Shown: piece after piece, positions 39,301 to 57,400 of the stretch
How the letters are laid out: each line of letters begins with the position of its first letter
Position numbering within the stretch: position 1 is the first letter of the stretch
Assembly: GCF_009914755.1 (NCBI RefSeq)
Contig: NC_060944.1
Source: the human T2T-CHM13v2.0 reference genome, Homo sapiens
Strand: one strand, 5' to 3'
DNA: 64,000 bases
Program-made: the position numbers and the translations under genes
The notes under the pieces: generated by a model
The model's database searches: none
What the model saw: the letters and a program-made list of their open reading frames with translations, nothing else
What the model was told of the DNA's origin: nothing

Positions 39301-40566
39301 CAACTCTGTGAGTTGAATGCACATATCACAAAGGAGTTTCTGAAAATGCTTCTGTCTAGTTTTTATGTGAAGATATTCCCATTTCCAACGAAGGCCTCAA
39401 AGTAGTCCAAATATCCACTTGCATATACTACGAATACAGTGTTTCAAAACTGCTCTATGAAAAGAAAGGTTCAAATCTGTGAGTTCAATGCACACATCAT
39501 AAATAAGTTTCTGAGAATCCTTTTGTCTAATTTTTATGTGAAGATATTCCCGTTTCCAACGAAGGCCTCAAAGTAGTCCAAATATCCACTTGCATATACT
39601 ACGAAAAGAGTGTTTCAAAACTGCTCTATGAAAAGATATGTTCACCTTTGTGAGTCGAATGCAAACATCAAAAAGAAGTTATTCAGAATGCTTCTGTCTA
39701 GTTTTTATGTGTAGATATTTCGTTTTCCACCATAGGCCTCAAAGCTCTCCAAATGTCAAATTGCAGATTCTACAAAAAGAGTGTTTCAAAACTACTCTAT
39801 CAAAAAAAGTTTTAGCTCTGTGAGTTTAATGCACACATCACAAAGGAGGTTCTGAGAATGCTTCCGTCCAGTTTTTATTTGAAGATCTTCCCGTTTCCAA
39901 CGAAGTCCTCAAAGTGGTGCAAATATCCACTTGCAGATTCTAAGGAAAGAGTGTTTTAAAACTGCTCTATGAAAATGTATGTTCAACTCTGTGAGTTGAA
40001 TGCAATCATCACAAAGAAGTTTCTGAGAATGCTTCTGTCTAGTTTTTATGTGAAGATATTTCCTTTTCCACTATAGGCCTCAAAGCTTTCCAAATGTCCA
40101 CTTGCAGATTCTACAAAAAGAGGATTTCAAAACTGCTCTATCAAAAGAAAGAAAGGTTCAGCTCTGTGAGTTAAATGCACACATCACAAAGATGTTTCTG
40201 AGAATGCTTCTGTCTAGTTTTTATGTGAAGATATTCCCATTTCCAACGAAGACCTCAAAGCAGTCCAAACACCCACTTGCAGATTCTACAAAAAGAGAGT
40301 TTCAAAACTGCTCTATGAAAAGGTATGTTTAAATCTATAAGTTGAATGAACACATCACAGAGAAGTTTCTGAGAATGCTTGTGTCCAGTTTTTATGAGAA
40401 GATATTCCTGTTTCCCATGGAGGCCTCAAAGCAGTCCAAATGTCCACTTGCAGATTCTAAGAAAAGAATTTTTCAATACTGCTTTATAAAAAGTTATATT
40501 CAACTCTGTGAGTTTAATGCAAACATCACAAAGAAGTTTCTGAGAATGCTTCTGTCTTGTTTATAT

Positions 40567-40572
<6 letters not shown>
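18353..40572 (-). repeat. Monomeric alpha satellite, mixed A/B monomers (SF5-like), reverse orientation
   Basis: About 171 bp period of aagtttctgagaatgcttctgtctag; irregular alternation of ttccttttccaccatag (A type) and tcccgtttccaacgaag (CENP-B box, B type). Confidence 0.97.
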
Positions 40573-44815
<4,243 letters not shown>

Positions 44816-47800
44816 GAATGGTTTAACTCTGGGAGAAGAATGCACACATGAAAAAGAAGTTTCTCAGAATGCCTCTGTCTAGTTTTTATGTTAAGATATT
44901 TGTTTTTCACCTTAGGCCTCAAACTGCCCAGAAATATCCCTTTGCAGATTGTACAAAAAGATGGTTTCCAAACTGCTCAATGAAAACAAGGGTTCAACAC
45001 TGTGACATGAATATGCACATCACAAAGAAGTTTTTCAGAAAGCTTCTGTTTAGTTTTTAAGTGAAGATATTTCCTTTTTCACCATAGGCCTCAAAGTGCT
45101 CCAAATATCCTTTTGCAGAACCTAAAAAAAAAAGAGTTTCCAAACTGTTCAATTAAAAGAAATCTGTGAGAAGAAAGCACACATCACAAAGAAGTTTCTC
45201 ATAATGCTTCTGTCTACTTTTTTTGTGAAGATATTTCCTATATCACCATAGGCCTCAAAGGTCTCAAAAATATCCCTTTGCAGACTGTACAAAAACACAG
45301 TTTTCAAACTGCTCCATGAAAAGAAAGTTTCAGATCTGTGAGATGAATGCACACATAATAAATTACTTTCTCATAATGCTTTGATCTAGTTTTTATGTGA
45401 AGATATTTCTTTTTCACCATAGACATCAAACCATTCAGAAGTATCCCTTTGTAGATTGTACAAAAAGACGGTTTCCAAACTGCTCAATCAAAAGAAAGGT
45501 TCAAACATGTGAGTTGAGTGCACAGATAACAAAGAAGTTTCTCAGAAATCTTCTGTCTTGTTTTTATGTGAAGATATTTCATTTCTCAACATAGGCCTCA
45601 AAGCAATCCAAATAGCCATTTGCAGATTCTACAAAAAGACTGTTTCCCAACTGATCAATCAAAACAAATTTTTAGCTCTCTGAGATGAAAGCACACATCA
45701 CAAAAAAGTTACTCAGATAGCTTCTCTCTAGTTTGTATGTGAAGATATTTCCTATTTCACCTGATGCCATAAAGGGCTCACACATACCCCTTTGAAGGTT
45801 CTACAAAAAGACTGTTTCCAAACTGCTTAATCAAAAGAAAGGTTCAACTCTGTGAGATGAATGGACACATCACAAGGAAATTCTCAGACTGACTCTGTCT
45901 AGTTTTTACGTGAAGATATTTCTCTTTCACCATAGGCCACAAATGGATCAGAATTATCCCTTTGCAGATTGTACAATAAGCCTCTTTCCAACCTTTTCAA
46001 TCAAAAGAAAGGTTCAACTCTGTGAGATGAATCCACACATCACAAGGAAGTTTCTCAGAAAGCTTCTGTTTAGTTTTTATGTGAAGATATTTCGTTTTCC
46101 ACCATGGGTCTCAAAGCACTCCAAATATCCATTTGCAGATTCTAGAAAAAGAGTGTTTCCAAAGTTCTCAATCAAAAGAAAGTTTCAATTCTGTGAGATG
46201 AAAGCACACATCACAAACAAGTTTCTTAGAAAGCTTCTGTCTAGTTTTTATGTGAAGATATTTCACATTTCACCATAGTACTCAATGGGCTCTGAAATAT
46301 CCCTTTGCAGATTCTACAGAAGGACTGTTTCCAAACTGCTCAATCCAAAGAAAGTTTCAACTCTGTGAGATGAATGCATACATCACAAAGAAGTTTCTCA
46401 GAATGCTTCTGTCTAGTTTATATGTGAAGAAAATTCCTACTTCACCATAAGCAATAAAGGGCTCACAAATATTTTTTGCAAATTCTACAAAAAGACTTTT
46501 TCCAAACTGCTCAATCCAAAGAAAGGTTCAACTCTGTGAGATGAATGGACACATCACAAAGAAGTTTCTCAGAATGCATCTGTCCAGTTTTTATGTGAAG
46601 ATATTTCTTTTTCACTCTAGGCCTCGATGGGCTCAGAAATATCCCTTTGCAGATTCTAAAAATGGACTGTTTCCAAACTGCTCAATCTAAAGAAACGTTC
46701 ACCTGTGTGAGTTGAATGCACACATCACAGAGAAGTTTCTCAGCATGCTTCTGTCTAGTTTTTATGTGAAGGTATTTCCTTTTTCACCATAGGCCTCAAA
46801 CCACTCACAAATATCCCTTTGCAGATTCTACAAAATGAATTGTTGTCAAACTGCTCAATGAAAAGCAAGGTCCAAATCTGTGAGATGAAAGCATGCATCA
46901 CAAAGAAGTTTCTCAGAAAGTTTATGTCTAGTTTTTATATGCAGATATTTCCTTTTTCACCATAGGCCTCAAAGCACTCCAAATATTCGTTTGCAAGTTC
47001 TACAAAAAGACTGTTTCCAAACTGCTCAATCAAAAGAGAGGTTCAACTCTGTGAGGTGAACGCACACAGCACAAAGTAGTTTTTCAGAAACCTTCTGTCT
47101 AGTTTTTATGTAAAGACATTTCCTATTTCACCATAGGCCCCAATGGGTTCACAAATATCCCTTTGCAGATTCTACAGAAGGACTGTTTCCAAACTTCTCA
47201 ATCCAAGGAAAGTTTCAACTCTGTGATGTGAATGCAGACATCACAAAGAAGTTTCTCAGAATGCTTCTGTCTAGTTTTTATGTGAAGATATTTCCTGTTC
47301 ACCATAAGCCTAAAATACTGCAAATATCCATCTTCAGATTCTACAAAAAGACTGTTTCCAAACTGCTCAATCAAAAGAAAAGTTCAACTCTGTGAGAGGA
47401 AAACATACATCACAAAGAAGTTTCTCAGAAAGCTTCTGTTTAGTTTTTTTTTGTGAAGATATTCCCTATTTCACCATAGGCCTGAAAGGGCTCACAAATA
47501 TCCTTTTGCATATTCTACAAAAAGACTGCTTCCAAACTGCTCAATCAAAAGAGAGGTTCAACTCTGTGTGATGAATGCACACATTACAAAGAAGTTTCTC
47601 AGAAAGCGTCTGTTTAGCTTTCATGTGAAGATATTTCCTCTTTCACCATAGGCCTCAATGGGCCCAGAAATATCCCTTTGCAGATTCTATGAAAGGACTG
47701 TTTAGAAAACTGCTCAATCTAAAGAAAGTTTCAGCTCTGTGAGATGAATGCACACATCATAAACAAGTTTCTCACAATGGATCTGTCGGCTTTTTATGTG

Positions 47801-50800
47801 AAGATATATTCTTTTTAACCATAGGCCTTAATCCACTCATGAATATTCCTCTGCAGATACTACAAAAAGACTGTTTCCAAACTGCTGCATCCAAAGAAAT
47901 GTTCATCTCTGTGAGATGAATACACACATCACAAAGAAGTTTCTCAGAATGTTTCTGTCTGGTTTTCATTTGAAGATATTTCCTTTTTCACCATAGGCCT
48001 CAAAGTGTTCCAAATATCCATTTACAGACTCTACAAAAAGAGTGTTTCCAAAGTGCTCATTCAAAAGATAGGTTCACCTCTGTGAGATGAAAGCACACAT
48101 CACAAAGTAGTTTCTCAGAAAGCTTCTGTCTAGTTTTTATGTGAAGATATTTCCTTTTTCACCATAGGCCATAAAGGGCTCACAAATATTTTTTGCAAAT
48201 ACTACAAAAAGACTTTTTCCAAACTGCTCAATCCAAAGAAAGGTTCAACTCTGTGAGATGAATGGACACATCACAAAGAAGTTTCTCAGAATGCTTCTGT
48301 CCAGTTTTTATGTGAAGATATTTCTTTTTCACCCTAGGCCTCAATGGGCTCAGAAATATCCCTTTGCAGATTCTAAAAAAGGACTGTTTCCAAATTGCTC
48401 AATCTAAAGAAAGGTTCACCTCTGTGAGTTGAATGCACACATCACAGAGAAGTTTCCCAGAATGCTTCTGTCTAGTTTTTATGTGAAGGTATTTCCTTTT
48501 TCACCATAGGCCTCAAACTGCTCACAAATATCCCTCTGCAGATACAACAAAAGGACTGTTTCCAACCTGCTAAATCAAAAGCTAGCCTCAACAACATGAG
48601 ATGAATGCACACGTCACAAAGAAGTTTCTCAGAATGCTTTCATCTAGTTTTTATGTGAAGATATTTCCTTTTTCACCATAGGCCTCAAAACACTCCAAAC
48701 ATCCATTTGCAGATTCCACAAAAAGACTGTTTCCAAACTGCTCAATCAAAAGAAAGGTTCAACTCTGTGAGATGAAAGCACACATCAAAAAGAAGGTTCT
48801 CAGAAAGCTTCTGTCTAGTTTTTATTTAAGGATATTTCCTATTTCACCACAGGCCTCAAAGGAATCAAAAATATCCCTTTGCAGATTCTACAAAAAGACT
48901 TTCTGAACTGCTCAATGAAAAGAAAGTTTCAAATCTGTGAGGTGAATGCACACATAAAAAAGAAGTTTCTCAGAATGCTTCTGTGTAGTTTTTATGTGAA
49001 GATATTTCCTTTTTCACCATAGGCCATAAAGGGCTCACAAATATTTTTTGCAAATACTACAAAAAAACTTTTTCCAAACTGCTCATTCCAAAGAAAGGTT
49101 CAACTCTGTGAGATGAATGGACACATCACAAAGAAGTTTCTCAGAATGCATCTGTCCAGTTTTTAATGTGAAGATATTTTTTTTCACCCTAGGCCTCAAT
49201 GGGCTCAGAAATATCCCTTTGCACATTGTGTAAAAAGACTGTTTCCAGACTGCTCAATGAAAAGAAAGATTAATCTCTGTGAGATGAATGCACACATAAA
49301 AAATAAGTTTCTCAGAATGCTTCTGTATAGTTTTTATGTGAAGATATTTTATTTTTCACCATAGGCCTTTAACTGTTCACAAATATCCCTCTGCAGATAC
49401 TACAAAAAGACTTTCTCCAAACTGCTCCAAGAAAAGTAAAGTTCAACTCTGTGAGATGTAGGCACACATCACAAGGAAATTTCTCAGAATGATTCTGTCT
49501 AGTTTTTATGTGAAGATAATTCTTTTTCCCCATAGGCATCAAATGGCTCAGAAATATCCCTTTTCAGGTTGTACAAAAAGATGGTTTCCAATCTGCTCAA
49601 TCAAAAGAAAGGATCAGCTCTGTGATATGAATCCACACATCACAAAGAAGTTTCTCAGAAAGCTTCTTTTTAGTGTTTTTGTGAAGATAATTCCTTTTTC
49701 ACCATAGGCCTAAAAGCGCTGCAAATATCCATTTGCGGATTCTACAAAAAGACTGTTTCCAAACTGTTCAATCAAAAGAAAAGTTCATCTCTGTGAGATG
49801 AAAGCACAAATCACAAAGCATTTTCTCAGAAAGATTCTGTCTTATTTTTATGTGAAGTTATTTCCTATTTCACCATAGTCTGTAAAGGGCTCACAAATAT
49901 CCGTTTGCATATTTAAAAAAAAGACTGTTTCCAAACTGCTCAAACAAAAGAAAGGTTCAACCCTGTGAGGTGAATGCACATATCAGAAACAAGTTTCTCA
50001 GAATGCTTCTGTCTAGTTTTTATGTGAAGAAATTTCTTTTTCACCATCGGCCTCAAATGGCTCAGAAATATCCTTTTGCAGATTTTACAAAAAGACGTTT
50101 CCAAACTGCTCAATCAACAGAAAGATTCAACTCTGTGAGATGAATGCACACATCACAAAGAAGCTTCTCAGAAAGCTTCTGTTTTGTTTGTATTTGAAGA
50201 TATTTCCTTTTTCACCATAGGCCTCAATGGGCTCAGAAATATCCCTTTGCAGATTCTACAAAAGGATTGTTTAGAAAACTGCTGAATCCAAAGAAAGTTT
50301 CAACTCTGTGAGATGAATGCACACATCACAAAGAAGTTCCACAGAATTCATCTGTCTAGTTTTTATGTGAAGGTATTTCTTTTTTGACCATAGGCCTCAA
50401 AGCACTCCAAATACCCATTTGCAGATTCTACAAAAAGAGTTTTTCCAAACTGCTCAATCAAAAGAAAGGTTCAACTCTGTGACACGGAAGCCCACGTCAC
50501 AAAGAAGTTTCTCAGAATGCTTCTGTCTAGTTTTTTTGTGAAGATGTTTCCTATTTCACCTTGGGCCATATAGGGCTCAAAAATATTTTTTGCAGATTCT
50601 ACCAAAAGACTGTTTCCAAACTGCTCAATCCAAAGAAAGTTTTAACTCTGTGAGATGAATGGACTCATCACAAAAAAGTTTATCAGAATGCTTCTGTCTA
50701 GTTTTTATGTGAAGACATTTCTTTTTCACCCTAGGCTTCAATGGGCTCAGAAATATCCCTTTGCAGATTCTACAAAAGGACAGTTTCCAAACTGCTCAAT

Positions 50801-53800
50801 CAAACAAAGGTTCAACACTATGAGATGAATGCACACATCACAGAGATGTTTCTCACAATGCTTCTATTTTTTATGTGAAGGTATTTCCTTTTTCACAATG
50901 GGCTTCAAAGCACTCCAAACATCCATTTACTGATTCCACAAAAAGACTGTTTCCAAGCTGCTCAATCAAAGAAAGGTTCAACTCTATGAGATGAAAGCAC
51001 ACATCACAGAGATGTTTCTTACAATGCTTCTGTCTATTTTTTATGTGAAGGTATTTCCTTTTTCACCATGGGCCTCAAAGTGCTCCAAGCATCCATTTGC
51101 TGATTCCACAAAAAGACTGTTTCCAAACTGCTCAATCAAAAGAAAGGTACAACTCTGTGAGTTGAAAACACGCATCACAAAGAAGTTTCTCAGAAAGCTT
51201 CTGTCTAGTTTTTTTGTGAGGATATTTCCTGTTTCACCGTGGGCCATAAAGCGCTCCAAAATATTTTTTGCAGATTCCACAAAAAGACTGTTTCCAAATT
51301 GCTCAATGAAAAGAAAATTTCAACTCTGTGAATTGAAAGCACACATCACAAGGAAATTTCTCAGAATGTACCTTTCTAGTTTTTTGTGAAGATATTTCCT
51401 TTTTCACCACAGGCCTCAAAGCACTGAAAGTATCCATTTGCAGATTCTACCAAAAGACTGTTTACAAACTGCTAAATCAAAAGAAAGTTTCAGCTCTGTG
51501 ATATGAATGCACGCATCACAAAGAAGTTTCTCAGAAAGCTTCTGTTTAGTGTTTATCTGAAGAAATTTCCTTTTTCACCATAGGCCTCAAAGCACTCCGA
51601 ATATGCATTTCCAGATTCTATAAAAAGTCTGTTTCCAAACTGCTCAATGAAAAGAAAGGTTTGACTCTGTGAGATGAAAGCACATATCACAAAGAAGTTT
51701 CTCAGGATGTTTCTTTCTAGTTTTTTTGTGAAGATATTTCCTCTTTCACTATAGTCCTCAAAGTGCTCCAAATATCCATTTGCAGATTATACAAAAAGAC
51801 TGTTTACAAACGGCTCAATCAAAAGAAAGTTTCAACTCTGTGAGATGAATGCATGCATAACAAAGTAGTTTCTCAGAAAGCTTCTGTTCAGTTGTTTTGT
51901 GAAGATATTTCCTTTTCACCATAGGCCTCAAAACACTCCAATTATCCATTTGCAGATTCTGCAAAAAGAGTGTTTCCGAACTGCTCAGTCAAAAGAAACG
52001 TTCAACTCTTTGAGATGAAAGCACTCATTGAAAAGAAGTTTCTCAGAAAGCTTCTGCCTAGCTTTCATGTGAAGGTATTTCCTATATCACCAAAGGCCTC
52101 AATGGGCTCAGAAATATCCCTTTGGGGATACTACAATAGGACTGTTTCCAAACTGCTCTAGCAAAAGTAAGCTTCAACTCTGTGAGATGAATGGACCCAT
52201 CACAAAAAAGTTTCTCAGAATGTTTCTGTGTAGTTTTTATGTGAAGATATTTCCTACTTCACCATAGGCCTCAAAGGGTCCACAATTATCCCTTTGTAGA
52301 TTTTACAAAAAGACTGTTTCCAAATCTTCAATCAAAGAAATGTTCAACTGTGTGAGATGGATGCAAACGTCACAAAGAAGTTTCTCAGAATCCTTCCGTC
52401 TAATTTTTACGTGATGATATTTCCTTTTTTACCATAGGCCTCAAAGTGCTCCAAATATCCATTTGCAGATTCTACAAAAAGAGTGTTTTCAAATTGCCCA
52501 ATCAAAAGAAAGGTTCAACTCTGTGAGATGGAAGCACACATCATAAAGAAGTTTCTTAGAAACATTCTGTCTAGTTTTTATGGGAAGATATTTCATATCT
52601 CACCATAGGCCTCAATGGGCTCAGAAATATCCCTTTGCAGATTCTCTGAAAGGACTGTTTCCAAACTTTTCAATCAAAAGAACGGTTAAACTCTGTGAGA
52701 TGAATGCACATATCACAAAGAACTTTCTCTGAAATCTTCTGTCTAGTTTTTATGTGAAGATATTTCCTTTTTCACCATAGGCCTAAAGCCACTCACAAAT
52801 ATCCCTTTGCAGATTTTACAAGAACAGAGTTTCCAGACTTATCAAAGAATAGAAACTTTTATCTCTCTGAGATGAGTGCACATCTTACAAAACAGCTTCT
52901 CAGAAAAATTCTTTATAGTTTTTATTGAAGATATTTCCTTTTTCACCATAGGCCTCATAGAGCTGAAAAATATCCCTTTGCAGATTCTACAAAAAGTCTG
53001 TTTACAAACTGCTCAATCGAAAGAATGGTTCAACTCTGTGAGATAAATGTACACATCACAAAGAGGCTTCTCAGAAATCTTCTGTCTAGTTTTTATGTGA
53101 AGATATTTCCTTTCTCCCATAGGCCTCAAAGTGCTCATAAATATCCCTTTGCAGATTCTACAAATAGACAGTTTTCAAACTGCTCAGCAAAAAGACTGTT
53201 TCAACTCTGTGAGATGAATGCATACATGACAGGGAGGTTTCTCAGAGAACTTCTGTCTATTATGTGAAGGTATTTCCTTTTTCACCAAAGGCCTCAAAGC
53301 GCTCACAAATATCTCCTTGCAGATTCTACAAGAACAGAGTATCCAAACTGATTAATCAAAAGAATGCTTCACATAAAATCCCTAGAAGAAAACCTAGGCA
53401 ATACCATTCAGGACATAGGCATGGGCAAGGACTTCATGTCTAAAACACCTAAAGCAATGGCGACAAAGCCACAATTGACAAATGGGATCTAAATAAACTA
53501 AGGAGCTTCTGCACAGCAAAAGAAACCACCATCAGAGGGAACAGGCATCCTACAGAATGGGAGAAAATTTTTGCAACCTACTCATCTGACAAAGGGTTAA
53601 TATCCAGAATCTACAATGAACTCAGACAAATTTACAGGAAAAAAAAACAACCTCATCAAAAAGTGGTTGAAGGATAGGAACAGACACTGCTCAAAAGAAG
53701 ATATTTATGCAGCCAATGAACAAATGAAAAAATGCTCATCATCACTGGCTATCAGAGAAATGCAAATCAAAACCACATTGAGATATCATCTCACACCAGT

Positions 53801-56250
53801 TAGTATGGCGATCATTAAAAAGTCAGGAAACAACAGGTGCTGGAGAGGATGTGAGAAATAGGAACACTTTTGCACTGTTGGTGGGACTGTAAACTAGTTC
53901 AACCATTGTGGAAGTCAGTGTGGTGATTCCTCAGGGATCTAGAACTAGAAATATCACTTGACCCAGCCATCCCATTACTGGGTATATACCCAAAGGATTA
54001 TAAGTCATGCTGCTTTAAAGACACATGCACACATATGTTTATAGCGGCACTATTCACAATAGCAAAGACTTGGAACCGACCTAAATGTCCAACAACGATA
54101 GACTGTATGAAGAAAATGTGGCACATATACACCATGGAATACTATGCAGCCATAAAAAATGATGAGTTCCTGTCCTTTTTAGGGACATGGATGAAGCTGG
54201 GAACCATCATTCTCAATGAACTATTGAAAGGACAAAAAATCAAACACCACATGTTCTCACTCATAGTTGGGAATTGATCAATGAGAACACATGGACACAG
54301 GAAGCAAAATATCACACACCACACATCAGGGACTGTAGTTGGGTGGGCGGAGGGGGAGGGATAGCATTAGGAGATATACCTAATGCTAAATGATGAGTTC
54401 ATGGGTGCAGCACACAAACATGACACATGTATACATATGTAACAAACCTGCACACTGTGCATATGTACCCTAAAACTTAAAGTATAATAATAATAAAAGT
54501 AAATAAATAAAAAAACCCAGAGCTCCAAAAAGAAAAAGAAGAAGATGAATGTTTCAACTCTATGAGATGAATGCACACATCATAAATAAGTCTCTCAGAA
54601 AGCTTCTGTCTGCATTTTATATGAAGATATTTCCTTTTTCACCATAGGCCTCAAAGCACTCACAGATATCCCTTTGCAGATTCTACAAGGAAAGAGTTTC
54701 CCATCTGCTCAATGAAAACAAACGTTTACCTCTGTGAGATGAATGCACACATTACAAAGTAGTTTCTCAGAAACCTTCTGTCTAGTTTTTATGTGAAGTT
54801 ATTTCCTTTTTTCCCATAGGCCTCAAAGCGCTCACAAATATCCCTTTGCTGATTCTACAAAAACACTGTTTCCAGACTGCTCAATCAAAAGAATGGTTCA
54901 ACAGTGTGAGATGAGTGCACACATCACACAGAAGTGTCTCAGAAAGCTTCTGTCCCATGTGAAGATATTTCCTTTTTCACCATAGACCTCAAAGCATTCA
55001 CAAATATCCCTTTGCAGATTCTACAAAAAGACTGTTTCCAATATGCTCAATCAATAGAAAGGTTTAACTCTGTGAGATGAATTCACACAACACAAAGCAG
55101 TTTCTCAGAAACCTTCTTTCTAGTTTTTATGTGAAGATATTTCCTTTTTCACCATAGGCTTCAAAGCGCTCAGAAATATCCTTTTGCAGATTTTACAAGA
55201 AGATTGTTACCAAACTGCTCAATCAAAAGAATGGTTCAACTATGTGAGATGAATGCACACATCACAAAAAGTTTCTCAGAAAGCTTCTGTCTGTTTTTTA
55301 TGTGAAGATATTTCCTTTTTCACCATTGGCCTCCAAGCACTCACAAATATCCCTTTGTCGATTCTACAAAAATACTGTTTCCAAACTGCTCAATCAAAAG
55401 AATAGTTCAACTCTGTGAGATGAATGCATACATAACCAGGAAGTTTTTCAGAAACTTCTGTCAAGTTTTTATGCGATGATATTTCCTTTTTCACCATAGG
55501 CCTCAAACTGCTCACAAATATCCCTTTGCAGATTCTACAAGAAAAGAGTTTCCCATCTGCTCAATGAAAAGAAACGTTTACCTCTGTGAGATGAATGCAC
55601 ACATTACAACGCATTTTCTCAGAAACCTTCTGTCTAGTTTTTATGTAAAGATATTTCCTTTCTCACCATAGGCGTCAAAGTGCTCACAAATATCCCTTTG
55701 CATATTCTACAAAAAGACTGTTACCAAACTGCTCAATCAAAAGAATGGTTCAACTCTGTGAGATGAATGCACACATCACAAAGCAGTTTCTCATAAACCT
55801 TCTTTCTAGTTTTTATGTGAAGATATTTCCTATTTCACCATAGGCCTCAAAGCACTCACAAATATCCCTCTGCAGATTCTACAAAAACACTATTTCCAAG
55901 CATTTCAATCAAAAGAATGGTTTAACTCTGTGAGATGAATGCACACATCACAAAGTAGTTTCTCAGAAAGCGTCTGTCTAGTTTTTATGTGAAGATATTT
56001 CCTTTTTCACCATAGGCCTCAAAGCACTCACAAATACCACTTTGCAGATTGTACAAGAACAGAGTTTCCAGACTGATTAAAGGAATGAAACGTTTTAATC
56101 GGGGAGATGAATGCACACATCACAAAGCAGTTTCTCAGAAACCTTCTTTATAGTTTTTATGTGAAGGTATTTCCTTTTTCACCATGGCCTCAAAGCACTC
56201 ACAAATATCCCTTTGCAGATTCTACAACAACGGAATTTCCAAACTGCTCA
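44816..56250 (-). repeat. Older A-type-only monomeric alpha satellite (SF4+/M1-like), interrupted by an L1
   Basis: Distinct variants (tatccctttgcag, gagatgaatgc, tttctcagaa, gactgtttccaaactgctcaatc); no CENP-B boxes seen. Confidence 0.93.
53372..54515 (+). mobile_element. 5'-truncated L1PA4-like LINE-1 (about 1.15 kb)
   Basis: ORF2 C-terminal peptides ([30 protein letters not shown]); 3' UTR ttaggagatatacctaatgctaaatga..gtaacaaacctgcac; TSD-like gaatgcttca / gaatgtttca. Confidence 0.92.
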
Positions 56251-56375
56251 TAATTAGTTTTTAGGACCAACATGAGCATTTAGAAACACTGCTTGTGGTG
56301 CAGCACACATGTATTATCCACACTGAAATTAGGAATTCAACTGAAGTTCATGTAGAGCCAAAAATGTGAATATTT

Positions 56376-56535
56376 GGGGGACCTCGGAGATGATCTAGCT
56401 CACTTTATTTTGTAGAAAAGAAAACAGTTTCAGGGAAAGGGCATGCATTGCCTAAGGTGATTCAGCAGCTTTGGCACAGAAACACAACACACTTTAGGTG
56501 ATTCATCAGGTTTGGAGCAGAAACGCAATACAATC
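56376..56535. mobile_element. Degenerate MIR-like fragment
   Basis: attttgtagaaaagaaaacag..cagggaaagggcatgcattgcctaaggt resembles the MIR core; includes a short local duplication. Confidence 0.4.
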
Positions 56536-56977
56536 TCTGTTCTTTTTCCTCTCAGATCCAGAATTTTTTCACAATACTGAACTACTTATGTTTCTGATTC
56601 CTTATTTTTCCTTTCTAAATTTTGCCAGTATTGCCTAATGAAGGTCCTATTCTATACCCTAAATATTTAAATTCGTTGCCACTATTGTCTCTTTATAAGT
56701 AAAATTACTAGTTGCTATTATAAATGATTATTCAATCACTTTTCATTTTTGGGGGGTTCAGTACAAAGTTAGTAACAAATAAACACTATTGGCCTTGGCA
56801 ATACAAGAGGAGCTCAAGTCCTCCAGGGCACGTCAGGAAAAGGCTAAATGACAGCTGTGCTGCGAGTGGACAGAATACAGCTCTCATACAGACTACTGAG
56901 TATTTGATGTTCTTCAACAATTTCATTAATCTTCAGTTTTTTCCTCTTTGAAGTGAAAGTCTGCTATGACTTTGAAG

Positions 56978-57400
56978 TTTCTTTCGAAATAATTATAGAT
57001 TCACAGGAAGTTGCAAAAGGTACAATGATGTCTTAGGTACTCTTCACTAATTCCAGTGGTGACTTCTCACATAGCAATAGAGCATTATCAATACCTGGAA
57101 ACTGACATAGGTACAATTCAGAAAGCTTACTCGGATCGCAACCATTTTGTATGCATTCATTTTTGTATGTGTGTATGCGTGTGCGTGTGTTCTGTGCATT
57201 TTTATGTGGTGTAGATCTCTGTAACTACCACTTCCACAGTCAAGATACAGAACTGTAGCCTCATCACCAGGCTCCAACTTGCGATCTTTGCTGAAACTCT
57301 GACACGTTTTCCTCCATCCCTTCCCCTTGGCAACCCCATAGCATGTTCTCCATCTTTACAATTTTATTTCAATAATTTATATAAATGTAATTGTACAAAA
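56978..57400 (-). mobile_element. Old L1M (L1MC/MD-like) 3' fragment
   Basis: gaaataattatagattcacaggaagttgcaaaa, cacagtcaagatacagaact and cccttggcaacc motifs. Confidence 0.65.
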
